A stretch of DNA of 63,014 nucleotides, filler included, from Gonapodya sp. JEL0774 (GCA_027604505.1; 42 parts of 42 records of this genome joined end to end with filler, not necessarily neighbours in it), one strand, 5' to 3'; shown: positions 40,698-54,163, counted from the whole stretch's first letter. Notes: a model not told the origin generated them from the letters alone. Program-made: numbers and translations.

Positions 40698-41395
40698 ACA
40701 CAAAGTGCATTTGCGGCGTTGCGTCAGAGAGCGGGAGCAGATGGTGGCATCATGGGAGGAGTATTCATGGGCGGGCAGGTTGGTCCTCGGATTTGAACAT
40801 TCCCGAAGTGGTTTAGATTTGGTGGTGGCGCATCATCGCTCATAATCTGTTGCGTAATGTCTTCTAGGTACTCCTCTCCACCCTTTTTCTACTCACCTTC
40901 TTCTTCATCATCGCACGGCGACTCGGTGGAAAAATCCCCCGTTTCGTAGCCTCTTCCTCTTCTAGTGACGATGAGGATGAGGATGATGATGATGATATTG
41001 CTGCTGACAATAGCACAGTGTCTGATGGGGACGAGGAGCGACCTCTTATGGCAACTCCGCCGGCTCCCAGGTACGATGGGGCCATCGTTCCGACTCATTC
41101 GGATCGCTCTCACAGCAGTCGAGCAAGAGGTAGGCCAGTATCGCCTGGTGCGAGAATGTTGCAGAGTGGAACTGGAGGAAGACACCCGTACAGGGGCGTC
41201 AGTGCGGAGAGGAGTGTACACTCTAGCAGGTCAGGCTCCGGTGGGCTGCTGAGGCCGTCAAGAGCAGGAAGCAGAGACAACGCCAGTACATTGCCTGTGG
41301 CTTCGAGAGACTCTGGATCAGTCAGGTCCTTGGCAGCAAAAAGGTCCGATACCGCTGGGTCGGCAGGAGCATGGTTCGGGTGGAGGGACGAATAA
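40698..41395 (+). CDS. Last two exons of a membrane protein (hydrophobic helix, then an acidic/Ser-Arg tail)
   Basis: ...GGVFMGGQ|VLLSTLFLLTFFFIIARRLGG...DDEDEDDDD...WFGWRDE*; intron GTTGGT...TTCTAG. Confidence 0.5.
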
Positions 41396-42197
41396 TGGCA
41401 CACTTTTGAACGCCGTCGCGGTGTACTGTAGCGCGTTGATTGCCAAATATCTGGACCATATCCTCAGTTAAGCTGGGATTCCAGCCAAATACCTCCGCAT
41501 TTTGTATTGATGTAACAATTCCAGCTTTCGCAGATGATTTTGGCACGTATCTGTTGCTCTTGTGGTATTATTGGCCCGAAAGGGACAATTTCGACGGATT
41601 TAGAAAAGATTACAAGGGCTGTGAAGGTGGCTCCTCCACAGGCAGTACCTGTCCCTTTCAGGTCTCAGAAAGTGCCGGGCAACCTTTGGTTTCCTTCTTC
41701 ATATCATTCTGTCCTGGTGCGTCTGTCGGCTCTAAACGGAGATTAGAATTGAGCGACTCAGAAGACAAAGCGGCAAATAACGCACTGCTACATACGAACA
41801 CCAACCGTTAGCTATATCCTGGAAGTTCCGTTTTCAATCACTCAGGGAAAAAGGGACGAGGATTGGAGAAAGCGCTCACTTCAATGCTCATACGATCCGT
41901 CACTTCGCGCGTTGTCGCAGTCTGCACCGTGGCCTTAGCAACTGGGTTGCAACTCACTGAAGCGGTTCGAAGAAAAACCGCACTCAGGGAGAGGCAGACC
42001 GTAACATGCGACACGATTCATGATGCCTACTTGGTAGGAGAACCCATCTCCGACGTTTGGTATGACGATTGGACGCTCTGGTACGTGTGACCTGATCNNN
42101 NNNNNNNNNNNNNNNNNNNNNNNNNNNNNNNNNNNNNNNNNTTAATTAATTAANNNNNNNNNNNNNNNNNNNNNNNNNNNNNNNNNNNNNNNNNNNN

Positions 42198-43596
42198 CAG
42201 GAAATGGCCTTCTTTGATGAGCCGAAACACAGTGTTGGGGCCTTAACAACACAGCTCGCGCAAAATGCCACAGAAGTACAGAAAATTGTCAACACCCTAT
42301 TCCGAACTATGTTGATGACGTTAACTGGAGTCCTTCTTGGTTTTGTGGTGAGCATCTTTTTGATTTGGGTTCTCTCAAGTAGTGCTATTGATCTAAGCAC
42401 GTTGGCTTACCGCAGACAATGTTTTTGCGTGGATGGCAACTATCCCTGTGAGAGATCAGACCCAAACTTGAAGCGATTTGTCACTGAGTTCCTTTTTTGC
42501 AGCCTTGCGGTTGTTCTCCTCCCAATTCTAGCCCTGGAAGGTTATCTGTCAATGGGAGCATCTCACGGTTCAAAGAAAAAGATAATGGAGCATCTGGAGG
42601 TTGCAAACCAGATAGCAACAGAAGCGATCTCAAACGCGAAAACCGTGGCAATGCTGGTGAGTCGCTCTGTATAGTCAGGTATCGTACCGCCTCCACTGGA
42701 TGATGTTGCTTGACCGCCGACAATCAGGGCAAGGAAGCAATGTTCCTGTCAAAATACTGTGAGGCGTCAGAAGAGCCATATCGAGAAGGTGTACGGCTGA
42801 GCCTTCGAATAAGTTTCGGCACTGCAATCGGACAAGCAGTGACTTTTTTGGTGAATGCCGCCATGTTCTATGTGGGGGGTGTCCTTGTAGCTCAGGGAAC
42901 ATACACGAGTCTTGGACTTCTTGCAACATATTTCGCGCTTCAGTTTTCAGCTTCCTTTTCAGGACAATGTAAGTTTCACCGTATTCCTGATTCAGCAGGT
43001 AGTCTCATGACCGTTCTGGATGTTTTCCGGGAATAACTCTCTCATTTGATTAGCGACTTTCTTTTTTACCACCATTGCCAAGGGGCGTGTGGCTGTGCAA
43101 TCTATTTTCACCATCGTTAATCGGCAGTCCCGAATTGACTCCCGTTCTCACAATGGAATGAGCCCAGAACCCAGGGGTGACTTTGAGGCACAAGAAGTCT
43201 CATTCTCCTATCCGAGCCGCAATAAGGCAAAGGTCCTTCAAGACGTGAGAATAAGGGGCTCCAAGGGACAGATGATCGCGATTGTTGGACCCTCTGGTGT
43301 GTTTTCGCTCTTTCAATATCCTTTCGTTTCTAAAGTAGTAACAAGGATGTGCTTCTGTACCGTAAGGCTCCGGTAAAAGCACCATTGTTGCCCTGATAGA
43401 GCGTTTTTATGATGTTACCGGTGGGGCTCTCTTCGCTGAAGGAGTTGATGTCCGGGAATGGAAATTGTCGGCTCTCCGCGAGGAGCTGGCGTTGGTTGGC
43501 CAAGGTACGTCCACTAGATAAACGCTGAAACCCAGGGAGTGCAAGCGTCATTGATGAACTTTCGATCGCTTGTTTAAATTCTTTCGTCAGAACCTG
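42198..43596 (+). CDS. ABCB/MDR transporter, second TMD and start of the second NBD, multi-exon
   Basis: QEMAFFDEPKHSVGALTTQLA, ATEAISNAKTV, FSYPSR, Walker A AIVGPSG|SGKSTIVALIERFYD, LVGQ|EP. Confidence 0.93.
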
Positions 43597-43696
43597 NNNN
43601 NNNNNNNNNNNNNNNNNNNNNNNNNNNNNNNNNNNNNNNNTTAATTAATTAANNNNNNNNNNNNNNNNNNNNNNNNNNNNNNNNNNNNNNNNNNNN

Positions 43697-45071
43697 CATC
43701 TTCTGGGTCACATTCCTCATTCTCCCGTTCTATTGTCCGCATTCGCTGCCCATTGATAAGTTTGACGGTATGCGAGCCATCCCAGGCATGCAAAACTGAA
43801 GGCCACCGGTCCTGCATCAGTGGTACCCATTGAACAAGAGGGACGCCAGCTGGTATGTGTGTTGGCCTCTCCCGAAGCAGCGTCGGAGATCGGATATGGA
43901 CTATGCAGGTGTCCACAGAGGACAACAACTTTGTCAGAATATCCCCGAATGCTGAAAATGCGTCAGCGTCACGGGAGATATCAAGGCAGATGTGGAGGAA
44001 TTTTAAGTTTGGAAAAAAGTATGTTAGAGTATCCAAGACACTGGTTGATTGAGATGGGCCAGGATCGGACAACATGGAACTCCGGATCACAATTCTGAAC
44101 TTCTGAATCCGAGTCAGCCTTGGAAGACTTTGGTAGTTGAATCCATCTGGTATCAGTGGGAAAAACATCTGCTTTCCAATGTGTGTGACATCACTTGTAC
44201 CCAGCATCTCAAGATTTGGATAGATGGTGGGTGCACTGGTTAATGCCAAGAGGCTTCCGTAGATGTTGAGGGATATGACTGAGCTTCTACGACTCTCGGG
44301 AACAGAACGCCGAATCATTTCTAGTGCTTCATCCGAGAACGCAATTGGATAGAAAATGGAGCCACTCAGGTGTGTTGCGAGTGGAAATCGTTGAAGCAGA
44401 TGCGGGATCAGTTCAGGCATCGCCTGCTGGCCTTTAACAGTCAAAATCACAACACTATCCATAGTGAAGGCAGGTGGGAGATCTTGGAGCAAAGGTTGTA
44501 TGTCCCCGTGGCACGCGATAATGACTTTGGGGATGTGGAGCTCTCGGACACACTCCGCAAATGCTCGGAAGTAGCGTGGCATCAAGCGACCCGCGTAAAG
44601 CCATGCAATCTGGCCTTGCGTTACGACCAGCCTAAAACGTCGCGACTGCTCGGCTTTCCTGTCACTTCTGGTAACACCATGGACTTCCCTATAGAGACCA
44701 CTTGTAATCGCCTTCTGTACTCTCTCAACCAGGCTCAGAGCTGACTCGGGCATCTCTTGTTGCCTCTCTATCCCTATGACAAGTTTTGACGTAACGGAGA
44801 CCCAGACGATCCCCGTCGGAGCCTTGATCGCCTGAAAGCTGTCCAACCCGGACGTGTATGATGTTTCGCCTATTCGTGGCAGGGCAGTAAATTCACACTG
44901 CACGGCAATCTCGTTTTCCATACAGCCTGGAATGGCTCCCAATGCAGCGGCGCGGAAGTGGCGGGACAGTCGAGGGATCCGCGAGTAGAACACCAGAGGA
45001 GGGAGCAGACGAATGACAGCATGGAGATTCTCGACGGGAAGCGAGGAAAGCGCTGAACGCTCAGATAGCAT
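43697..45071 (-). CDS. F-box-like protein with degenerate LRR-like repeats, intronless, nearly complete
   Basis: N-terminal LSSLPVENLHAVIRLLPP...RLSRHFR (F-box pattern); repeats such as YPNLEML and FPNLKFLHI; about 460 open codons. Confidence 0.7.
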
Positions 45072-46691
45072 CAAGTGACTATCAGAATGGGAAATNNNNN
45101 NNNNNNNNNNNNNNNNNNNNNNNNNNNNNNNNNNNNNNNTTAATTAATTAANNNNNNNNNNNNNNNNNNNNNNNNNNNNNNNNNNNNNNNNNNNNCCGGC
45201 TCGGGTGTCGCTGCGGGTAGCGCAATTGCCATCAGGGATTTCGAAAGTCGGAGAGTATTGATCCTGGCTTTAATGCGAATAGTTCCCCAACCAATCGATG
45301 CTTCTCGCTGTGGCCTGACTGGGACTTGGCAAGCGCAACTCCCCTGGAATTTTGTTTGAACGCATCGATTCTTCGGTATCTGAATTCCCCTTTATATAAT
45401 TTGTACCACAGGATGAATGAACGCAATCGCGAAGACCAGTGGAGAACATGAAATTTGGTGGTTGAAGCATCATAATCAACCCTCGGATTGATTTTTGTTT
45501 GTTTGTAGGTGGCACAAACTCCCTATGCACTCACCGTTATCGTTGCTATGAAATCAGCGAGGAGCACGGAATGTACAAATTGTCAGCCCACTTGGCGGTG
45601 GTATCAGCGCCGGCCAGTGTGAAGCTGGTGACTCGTCGGAATTCGCTGATGAGGAGTCGCTCGTCACCGAGGAATGGGGCTGGAGAGGTGCGCAAGGAAA
45701 GGATCGATATCGAATGTTGGTGTTGATCGGGGTGAAGGAGGATCGAGTGCAAGACGAGACTCGGACAGGTGAGAAGAAAAGAGTCTTGAAGCTTCCCTGC
45801 TTGGTTCTTCCCTTCCTACTCTCTGATACTGTGATCTTCCCTATCCAGGACGTCGAGCTATTGCACGCCGAACCTTTCTCTACCGATGCTCCATTCTCAC
45901 ACGTCTCATCCCCCTTCATTGCTCCTAAAGAAAAAATTGGCAGCTTTCAAGACGTTCATTACTCTAGGGCGTGGAACAAGGTAAACGTGGACTTGGCAGC
46001 CATTCTGTTGCGCTCGTACTTTCGGGCTTCAAATAGGACGAATCAAGGACGGTGTGAGGTGGACATGAGGAGACATTGGGCGATTATTGGCAGCTGAGAG
46101 TTACAATGTAGTCAAGGCAGGTGACGAGCCCGGCTGGGTTGACCGACAAGTGTATGCTCCTACCGCAACCCATTCTATTTGTTGAATTCTCCCCAATTTC
46201 TGAGGTCTTTTCCGCCTCACAATACTGCCGACACGTGTAATGAAGCTCAGCCACCAGCGAGGAAGTGCGTCGGTGATGAGGACGGCAACGAAAAGTAGCG
46301 AGCTCATCCGGAAAGCAGGCGTGGGAGCTTTTTTTTATCATTCTTTCTCAAAGCCTTGGTACAATCGCAGATGATGCACCAACTGGGCATCGCTTTTCTT
46401 GTGCCGGCTCAGATCTTGCTGCTGTGGGTCCCCCACTCAATACCGAGGGCGGCTGAACAACGGGCAACGACTCTGCCAAGCAAGATACCACTTCATTTGA
46501 GCTGGAATTCTTCCCAACAGTGGAATCTTGTTAACGGGAGATGGAGTGGATAGTCCTGTCACATCCTCGTGTCAGAAATGAAGAGCATTTGNNNNNNNNN
46601 NNNNNNNNNNNNNNNNNNNNNNNNNNNNNNNNNNNTTAATTAATTAANNNNNNNNNNNNNNNNNNNNNNNNNNNNNNNNNNNNNNNNNNNN

Positions 46692-48071
46692 TGGCGGTTG
46701 GCGGCTTCCATGGCAGTCTTGTCCATCAGCTCGAGTCGGTGGAATTGAATTCCGGTGCGAAACAAATCCTGGTACGGAAAATGGTTGACAAGTTCCGAGC
46801 ACGCGATGATGTCAAGTCTCGTCCGATATTCAATCGATCAGCGCTTCAGGGTCACCTCGACTCACCTGAACCATCTCCCCGGCTGTCGTTAGCTCGTCAA
46901 AAGCAATGAGAGCTACACCGAGGTTTTCTGGAATGTTGCGTAGTTTCACTGTGACCTCTGTTATGATGCCGAGTGTTCCTTCACTCCCAATGAACAGTCT
47001 GAATGTTTTTGAATCAACAAAGGGTGATGTGAGTTGGACGACGACACATGAGGGCAATACAGTGCGGTCCCCGACAAATTCTCACCGAGTCAAATCATAC
47101 CCTGCACTGCTTTTGTTGGGTCGTCTCCGAGTCTTTACGATACGTCCGTCGGGCAAGACAGCACGGAGTCCGATAACATTGTCCCTCATGACACCGTACC
47201 GATACGCGCGTGTGCCAGAACACCCTGTGGCGCACATGCCGCCGACCGTCGCGCCAAGTCCTACGCGATGAATAAAAGTGATGAACGCATTAGTAATAAT
47301 GAGGTAGAGTCATGGGAATGTTTTGGCAACAGGAAACTTGCCAGGGTCAGGTGTGAAGAACAGCCCGTGGGGTTCGAGTTCGTGGTTGAGCTCGTTCCAA
47401 GAGATACCTGCCTGGACGACTGCTTGCATGTCCTTTATTCGAAGGCAAAGTTTGTCTAGAGCTCTTGTGGAACCTGAGAAACCACTCGCCTCTGGGTATA
47501 TTTTGACAATTGCGGACATTCTGCTCAGATCCACCACCACACCAGACCTCGGTCCGGGCACAATCTGGCCCTCTAGCGACGTTCCTGCACCGTAGGCTAC
47601 AACAGGAATCTTCAGTTTGTTGCACACCTTGAGTATCTGTGACACTTCATCTTCCGACGTGGGATACACGATCATGTGTGGTTTGCTTTGAGGGAGATTG
47701 GACGAAACGTCCGTGGAATGTGACAAGATGTCTTGAGGGTCGAAAGACATTTCCAAGTCTGGCAATGCTTGCTTGAAAGCGTGGGCGACACGATCAAGTG
47801 CTGTTTCGTTGGATGCTGATCGAGAGCGGATCCCCCACAGAATCGCTGCAGTGCCCAGAAAAGTACTACCCAGAGCAAACTTTGTCCATGTGGGGTGGGT
47901 TTTTGAGAATGAATGGCTTGATTGCGTTGAATATGTTCGTGACGAAGCACGTCGAGAACTCGACGTGATGTGAATAGGATGTCCGCAAAAGAATGATGCC
48001 ACATATGGCAAATACGCCGAGCCTGTAAACGTCCGAATGGCTGAAGATAAGCGCAAGCCGTTCTGCATCAT
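46692..48071 (-). CDS. DLD1: Mitochondrial FAD-linked D-lactate dehydrogenase, 5' part, multi-exon
   Basis: Arg/Ser-rich presequence, PVVAYGAGTSLEG, PDPG|.GATVGGMCATGCSGT.AYRYG.MRDNV, KSSAGYDLT|RLFIGSEGTLGIITE. Confidence 0.92.
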
Positions 48072-48893
48072 CGCGAGGAGAACGGGNNNNNNNNNNNNNN
48101 NNNNNNNNNNNNNNNNNNNNNNNNNNNNNNTTAATTAATTAANNNNNNNNNNNNNNNNNNNNNNNNNNNNNNNNNNNNNNNNNNNNCTGGAATTCCATCC
48201 TCTATGCCATGGTCAACTGTGACATCCCAAAATCTCACTTTGGTACAAATAGCAGTGAGGACCAGGTGATACATGGAGAGGATTGGTGAAGGGACTGTAC
48301 TGTCATCCTCATAGAACCCAGACCAATGGCGTATTTTGATATTGGAGGGTGCAATTAAGCCACTGCTTTGCTGGAGGATGTGGAATAGGTGGGATATGTG
48401 TTCATTCCAATCAGGTTGCCCAGTCTTGACAGTCACTTTTTCCCAAATAAACTCCACTGTGCCTGCATACCAAAGCTTACTGGAATTTCCAATAAATGTA
48501 AGGTATGAATCAGACAAATTCAGTGGAGTGAAATTATAGGACTGTTACAGAGTTCTCACCACACAACTGAGCAAGCTTGCAAATCATCCCTATCATCCAG
48601 GTGCTGAAAAATCATCCTCAGAAGCTCCTTTGTGGAGAATACATGATGATGTGAAGGGATGGTCATCATGCTGTGAGATGGGAGGTGATATATCTGAAGT
48701 GGATTGATTGCAGAGGGAATGGAAGAGATGGAGATGCAGGATGTAGGATGGGGTGGAGGGGTCCAAAAGACTGCTGATTGTAGGTGACAAATGTGGTGAA
48801 GGGAAAAGGTAATGAAGAATGTATGATTTCAATGTGATGCTGAGTAGTTTCGGCGGGTTGATGTGTCACACGGGGGGTTGCCAAAAAAAAATA

Positions 48894-48990
48894 GGGGGGA
48901 CAAAATGGGGGGACGAAATGGGGGGACGAAATGGGGGGACGAAACGGGGGGACGAAACGGGGGGACGGAACGGGGGGACGGAACGGGGGG
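48894..48990 (+). repeat. G-rich 13-bp minisatellite, 7 full units plus G6 (consensus GGGGGGACGAAAC/T)
   Basis: Units read directly: GGGGGGACAAAAT, GGGGGGACGAAAT x2, GGGGGGACGAAAC x2, GGGGGGACGGAAC x2, GGGGGG. Confidence 0.95.
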
Positions 48991-49681
48991 TTGCTGTGCC
49001 ACACGGCGGGTCATTCTGGCCCCACACCACATCTATTATCAAACGTAAACTCATTCACAATACCTCACCTGCCAGCTCCCAACCAGCGCAAAACATCAGC
49101 CTCTCTCAGGAACACTTTTGGAGAAGGTATGGGTGCCCATGGGATTCTGTGGAATGCAGGAAGTGGGGGTTGGGGATTTCTGTAACGTCCTCCATGATTC
49201 TCAGCCCCAGCGCCTCCAAGCACCAGCGGATCATCATATTGCAACAGATCGGGACGTATTGTGTTGCATACGTGAGTTTTTGGAGTGTTCTTGGACGGTT
49301 TGAACTCCATCAACCAGGACTGCAACACCTTCTATTCCCATCCATCTATCTGACCCTCACACACCCAAATCAGCAGTGGAGCCCCCAATATTGTCAGATC
49401 GGGATATAGCGCGACTAGTAGGTGAGTTTTTGAAGCAATTGGGGGTGATTTTTGTTATCTGCCTCCACCCCAGTATGACTCTGGACTCACCCTAACGTAC
49501 CACACCTCCACTATTACCCAAACTCATGGACTGAGGCCTATCAGGGCAAAAGGGTAAGTCAGGAAGATTTGCTTGAAGCCTNNNNNNNNNNNNNNNNNNN
49601 NNNNNNNNNNNNNNNNNNNNNNNNNTTAATTAATTAANNNNNNNNNNNNNNNNNNNNNNNNNNNNNNNNNNNNNNNNNNNN

Positions 49682-50250
49682 CAGGAAGTGTGTCCCGACA
49701 AGGTTCTGGAACCGTCAAGAGATTCTCATTTATTGCAGACAGAATGGTCAATATTCCGCCAGGTGCGGATTCTCCTCAAATAACAGGCGTGCCGTTCCCG
49801 AATATGGCCAGCCTTAAAACACCGTACTACCTCAACTATCAGCTCTCCAATTACGACTTGGAACGAATTTTTATCACGCTGGCACTCTCGCCCAGTGTGA
49901 GCCCGTATCGCGCCCGAACGTGGGACAATCTGCCGCCAATTTTGTTCATGGTCGGGCAAAAGGAGTCGGTTTACAACGACGTGATGAAGTGCGTGAAGAA
50001 GGCACGCAAGACAATCACAGCCGCTGAGTCTCGTCTCACGGACGATGAGAAGGCAATGAGGCCAAGAGGTTTCGGACGAGTTGACGTGATGGATAGACCA
50101 CTGGCGGTGCACGTCTACTTGCTGCTACCCGAAGCGCTGGTCAGGGGGAAAGGCATGGAAGGGTTGAGGGACATCGCGAACTGGGTCGAAATGGTGTACC
50201 AGGAGAGGATGGGAGTCGGAGAATCTGCTGTTCAGCTGTTGTCTTCATAA
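49682..50250 (+). CDS. Alpha/beta hydrolase (HSL-like lipase/esterase), C-terminal exon
   Basis: SPSVSP......NLPPILFMVGQKE...D...and VHVY (catalytic acid/His region); TAA at 50250. Confidence 0.72.
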
Positions 50251-51175
50251 GCTTTGACTTCAGTCCCCTGGTGTGGAGGAATATGGTGTGTCGCGTTTGC
50301 AGTCTTATGTGCTCTCATGTGTTGTCGAGGTCCCGTGCGCGGGTTGACGTCAGCTTTCGGATTACCTCCTTCGCTTCCCGACGATTCCCAGTGACGACAA
50401 TCTATCCGCTGCGCGTTGATGATCCTGTGTCGTAATTTGTGTTTCCGTTGCTATATAAATGATCCGCTTAAGTCAATGTATTTGGAAATTGAATGCATGT
50501 TTCTCTCAAAGTCGCATTTCGAGCTAAGATACTGCAGTATGTCCCGTACTAGTTGGAGCCAGCGGCATTTGCACGTACATCTACTTTGAGTATAACAGAG
50601 AGCATACAACATTCGAGACTAGCTCTCAGTTCTGAACCTGAATTCACTATTGGGTCTTTCATCGACATTGATTTTTTCAAAATACATTTCGGCACCCTAA
50701 TAAGAACCTGCGCCGGCGGAATCATCGTGCGCACTGACTGACTCCTCGGCACTGGCACTGTGGAGTTGATCGTGGCACGTGCTGTTCAGAACACCACCTC
50801 ATCGAATCAACGCCGATTGCGTTTGCGGTTCGTAACCGAGGATTCTTCAAGCGAGTGACGTCAAGGGGCTTGTCATTGAAGGGGCTATTCAGCCAACAGG
50901 TGCAAATTTGTTCCAGGGGTGGGCGTTTTGGGGATATATGTCCGCCGCCCAGAATCTTCCGTTCAGCATGGCGTCCATCATTTCGTCCACGCTTTCAGTC
51001 GTCTCGCACGCTATTCCAAGCTCAGCGAAGGCTCTAATTTCTACCGAGGATGGGAAGCAGTAAGTTTTCGACTCTNNNNNNNNNNNNNNNNNNNNNNNNN
51101 NNNNNNNNNNNNNNNNNNNTTAATTAATTAANNNNNNNNNNNNNNNNNNNNNNNNNNNNNNNNNNNNNNNNNNNN

Positions 51176-52486
51176 GTCCGGTTCGAAATTTCCTACTACG
51201 CTCTTATGCCCTCGATCAAGTGCATTGTTCCTTGGAGGATCCCTGGTGGGTGGACAATCTGTTGAAACCATGGTAACAGGAAGAGAGCTTGCGGCTGGGA
51301 TGTTCCCAAAGGGAGGGAGGGAGAGATATTGAGATATTTTAGCAGGGCCCTCGCCGACTCGAATCTGACATGCCGCCTCTCGCCCTTCCTCCGCAAACTT
51401 AATTCTCCCGCTTATCACTGTAGAATTCTTCAACCGCTTCCAGGGCCGCCAAGACCTCCTGGACTACGCGGCACTCAAAGGCATCCCCGTTACTCAGACC
51501 AAGGCAAAGCCTTGGTCCACCGACGAGAACATGTACCACATTTCTTTTGAGGCTGGAATCCTCGAGGACCCCGACACCACCCCTCCGCCTGATATGTGGA
51601 AGCTGACCGTGAACCCCGAGGACGCACCAAATGTGCCGGAAAGGCTTGTGAGTGGTTTTGGGTTTTGGATAGGGTCGCTCGACACACACACGCTACCTCC
51701 AACATCTCTTCTCATTATCCATCGCCACGCCTCGTCCATCCTTGCTGTAGAGCATCACTTTCAAGGACGGACGCCCCGTCAAAGTCGTCAACACTGGTGA
51801 CAATACCACCCATACCGACTCGCTCGAACTCTTCCTTTACCTCAACGCAATGGGACGCAAACACGGAGTCGGCAGACTGGACATTGTGGAGAACCGATTT
51901 GTGGGCATCAAATCGAGGGGGTGAGTACCACTCTCAGAACTTGTTCGTGTAAGAATTAACTCTCTGAAACCACGAACATCATCATTCACCTCACCCGACT
52001 TACCATACTAGCTGCTACGAGACTCCCGCGGGCACCATTCTTATCGCTGCCCACCGGGACCTGGAAGGCCTTGTCATGGACCGCGAGGTCCGTAAGATTC
52101 GGGACCTGATGAGCCCCCGTCTTGCAGAGCTCATTTACAACGGCTTTTGGTTCTCTCCTGAGCGGGAGCTGGTCATGGCTCTGGTTGACCAGTCGCAGAA
52201 GGGTGTTGACGGAACTGTGAAGGGTGAGTCGCAACAATTGTGCAGTTGAGCTCGTAGACCTGCTATCTGAAAACGTGCATCGAATGTGGTATTTGTAGTC
52301 AAGCTCTTCAAGGGCTGCTGCACCATTGAGGGCCGATCTTCCCCCGTGTCCCTCTACGACCGTGATATTTCTTCCATGGACATTGCTGGAGGTTTCAACC
52401 CGCAGGACAGTGAAGGGTTCATCCGCACCAACGCCATCAGGATAAAAGCGTGGGAGGCAGTGAAGGCTAAGAAGGCTGCCAAGTAA
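51176..52486 (+). CDS. ARG1: Argininosuccinate synthase, 3' part, multi-exon
   Basis: [81 protein letters not shown]. Confidence 0.96.
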
Positions 52487-52669
52487 TAGATGTGGACTTT
52501 CGTGATTTGTTCGCTGTACAGGAGTTGCGCGTGCATGTGTGTGATAAAGTAGACTGCAATCGTACCGCGNNNNNNNNNNNNNNNNNNNNNNNNNNNNNNN
52601 NNNNNNNNNNNNNTTAATTAATTAANNNNNNNNNNNNNNNNNNNNNNNNNNNNNNNNNNNNNNNNNNNN

Positions 52670-54063
52670 AGCAGCTATCTGCACTGCCAACAGTGAAACT
52701 GATCCACCGTCGCACAATCTCCACATATCCTTGCCCCGCTGGTTTTATCCCTGGTGTCATCCAACCACGTAGCGCGACCACCTCCCTACTGTCCCATCCA
52801 CACGCCCTGACGACATCTGGCCGATTACTCTTCACATTCTCGTGTCGCGCATTCTCAAAGCAAGTGACGTCACCATCAACAGACCCATCACTTCCCACTA
52901 TATCTCCCGTAAGGAAATATACCGGTCTGGAAATCGCATCCGAAGCTCGCTCGTTAGGTGAGAGAAAGTAAGCACTCAATATCTTTACCACGCAAAACTT
53001 AATATCCCAAGTTTCTGCGACCCCAAATCCCACTTTTGAGCTCTTCAGTGCGCCTCGCGTTCCCCGTCTCACTTGCCTACATTCTCTCCATGTCGAACCA
53101 AATATTCTCCATGATCTTCATTGGGCATCTCGGGACCACCGAACTCGCCGCGGCGGCCATGGGACTGATGGTGTGTTCTTTGCGTTAGCCAATCACAGCG
53201 AGAGTGGCTCACGGCAAACTCACCCTAGCCTGCACGTTGCTCCCTAGTATACCAACCTCGTCGGGTTTAGCCTCGGATTAGGACTGACAACTGCCGTCGA
53301 CACGCTCGCAAGCCAAGCACATACTGCCTCCGACAACCCAGAACAAGCTCTGGCTAGGATTCTGGTGCAATCTGTACTTATACGTAAGTTTCGTGCGGCA
53401 CTAGTGTGTATGCGAACTGGATCTACCGGCCAAATGTTATTACCAAGTCCTCCTCCTTGCCATCCCGCTCTCCTTCCTATTTTACGCCGCTGAGCCACTG
53501 CTGCGTCTGCTCAAGCAAGACCCTGAAATATCTCGATTGGCCGGCGTATGGAGTGCGGGAGTTGTTCCTGCATGTGAGTCCGTCTCCATCCACCAGGTGT
53601 TTTTGCAGCATGACGTCTTAGTGATTCGCTCCGGGATCAAGTATTTGCAACTTTTGCATCAGAATGTCTCAAACGTGTTCTACAAGCTCAAGGCATCATG
53701 AATGGAGGGTGAGAGCAGTATTCTCAAAATTTGGTTGAAACTGGCAGACTCAGCTCACCATTATCACGAAATTTTCTGGACATAAATGAATCGAAGAACA
53801 CTTTCTGCTTCCCTCACCCTTCTCACGACTCCACTCCTTCTCCTCCTTTTTGTCGGCACTTCACCTCTGCCCTCTTCTTTCCCACTCCACTCCACTCTCA
53901 CGTCAATCCCATCTCTTGAACTTGGCTTTTCAGGAGCGCCGCTGTGTATCGCGGTCTCATCGTGGCTGTACTTGGCAGTGCTATGTGGGTACGCGAGAGT
54001 GGGCCATGGGGGAAAAGGGTGGGTAGTGGTGAAAAAGGCATCGAATTTGGGAATGGTGAAAAG
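52670..54063 (+). CDS. MATE family efflux transporter, partial, multi-exon
   Basis: LAFPVSLAYIL...FIGHLGTTELAAAAMG, GLGLTTAVDTLASQAH, LKRVLQAQGIM, LGFSGAPL. Confidence 0.9.
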
Positions 54064-54163
54064 NNNNNNNNNNNNNNNNNNNNNNNNNNNNNNNNNNNNN
54101 NNNNNNNTTAATTAATTAANNNNNNNNNNNNNNNNNNNNNNNNNNNNNNNNNNNNNNNNNNNN

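Noticed and set aside
34697..43596. The two ABCB fragments as a single gene
   Set aside because: They could be one gene or paralogs. There is no overlap or linkage evidence, and unrelated contigs lie between them.
45196..46591. Several short ORFs on both strands
   Set aside because: No coherent exon chain or motif; no supportable call.
48894..48990. G-rich array as a telomere or CRISPR
   Set aside because: It is internal to the contig, has no unique spacers and does not match a TTAGGG-type unit. The overlapping ORFs are repeat translations.
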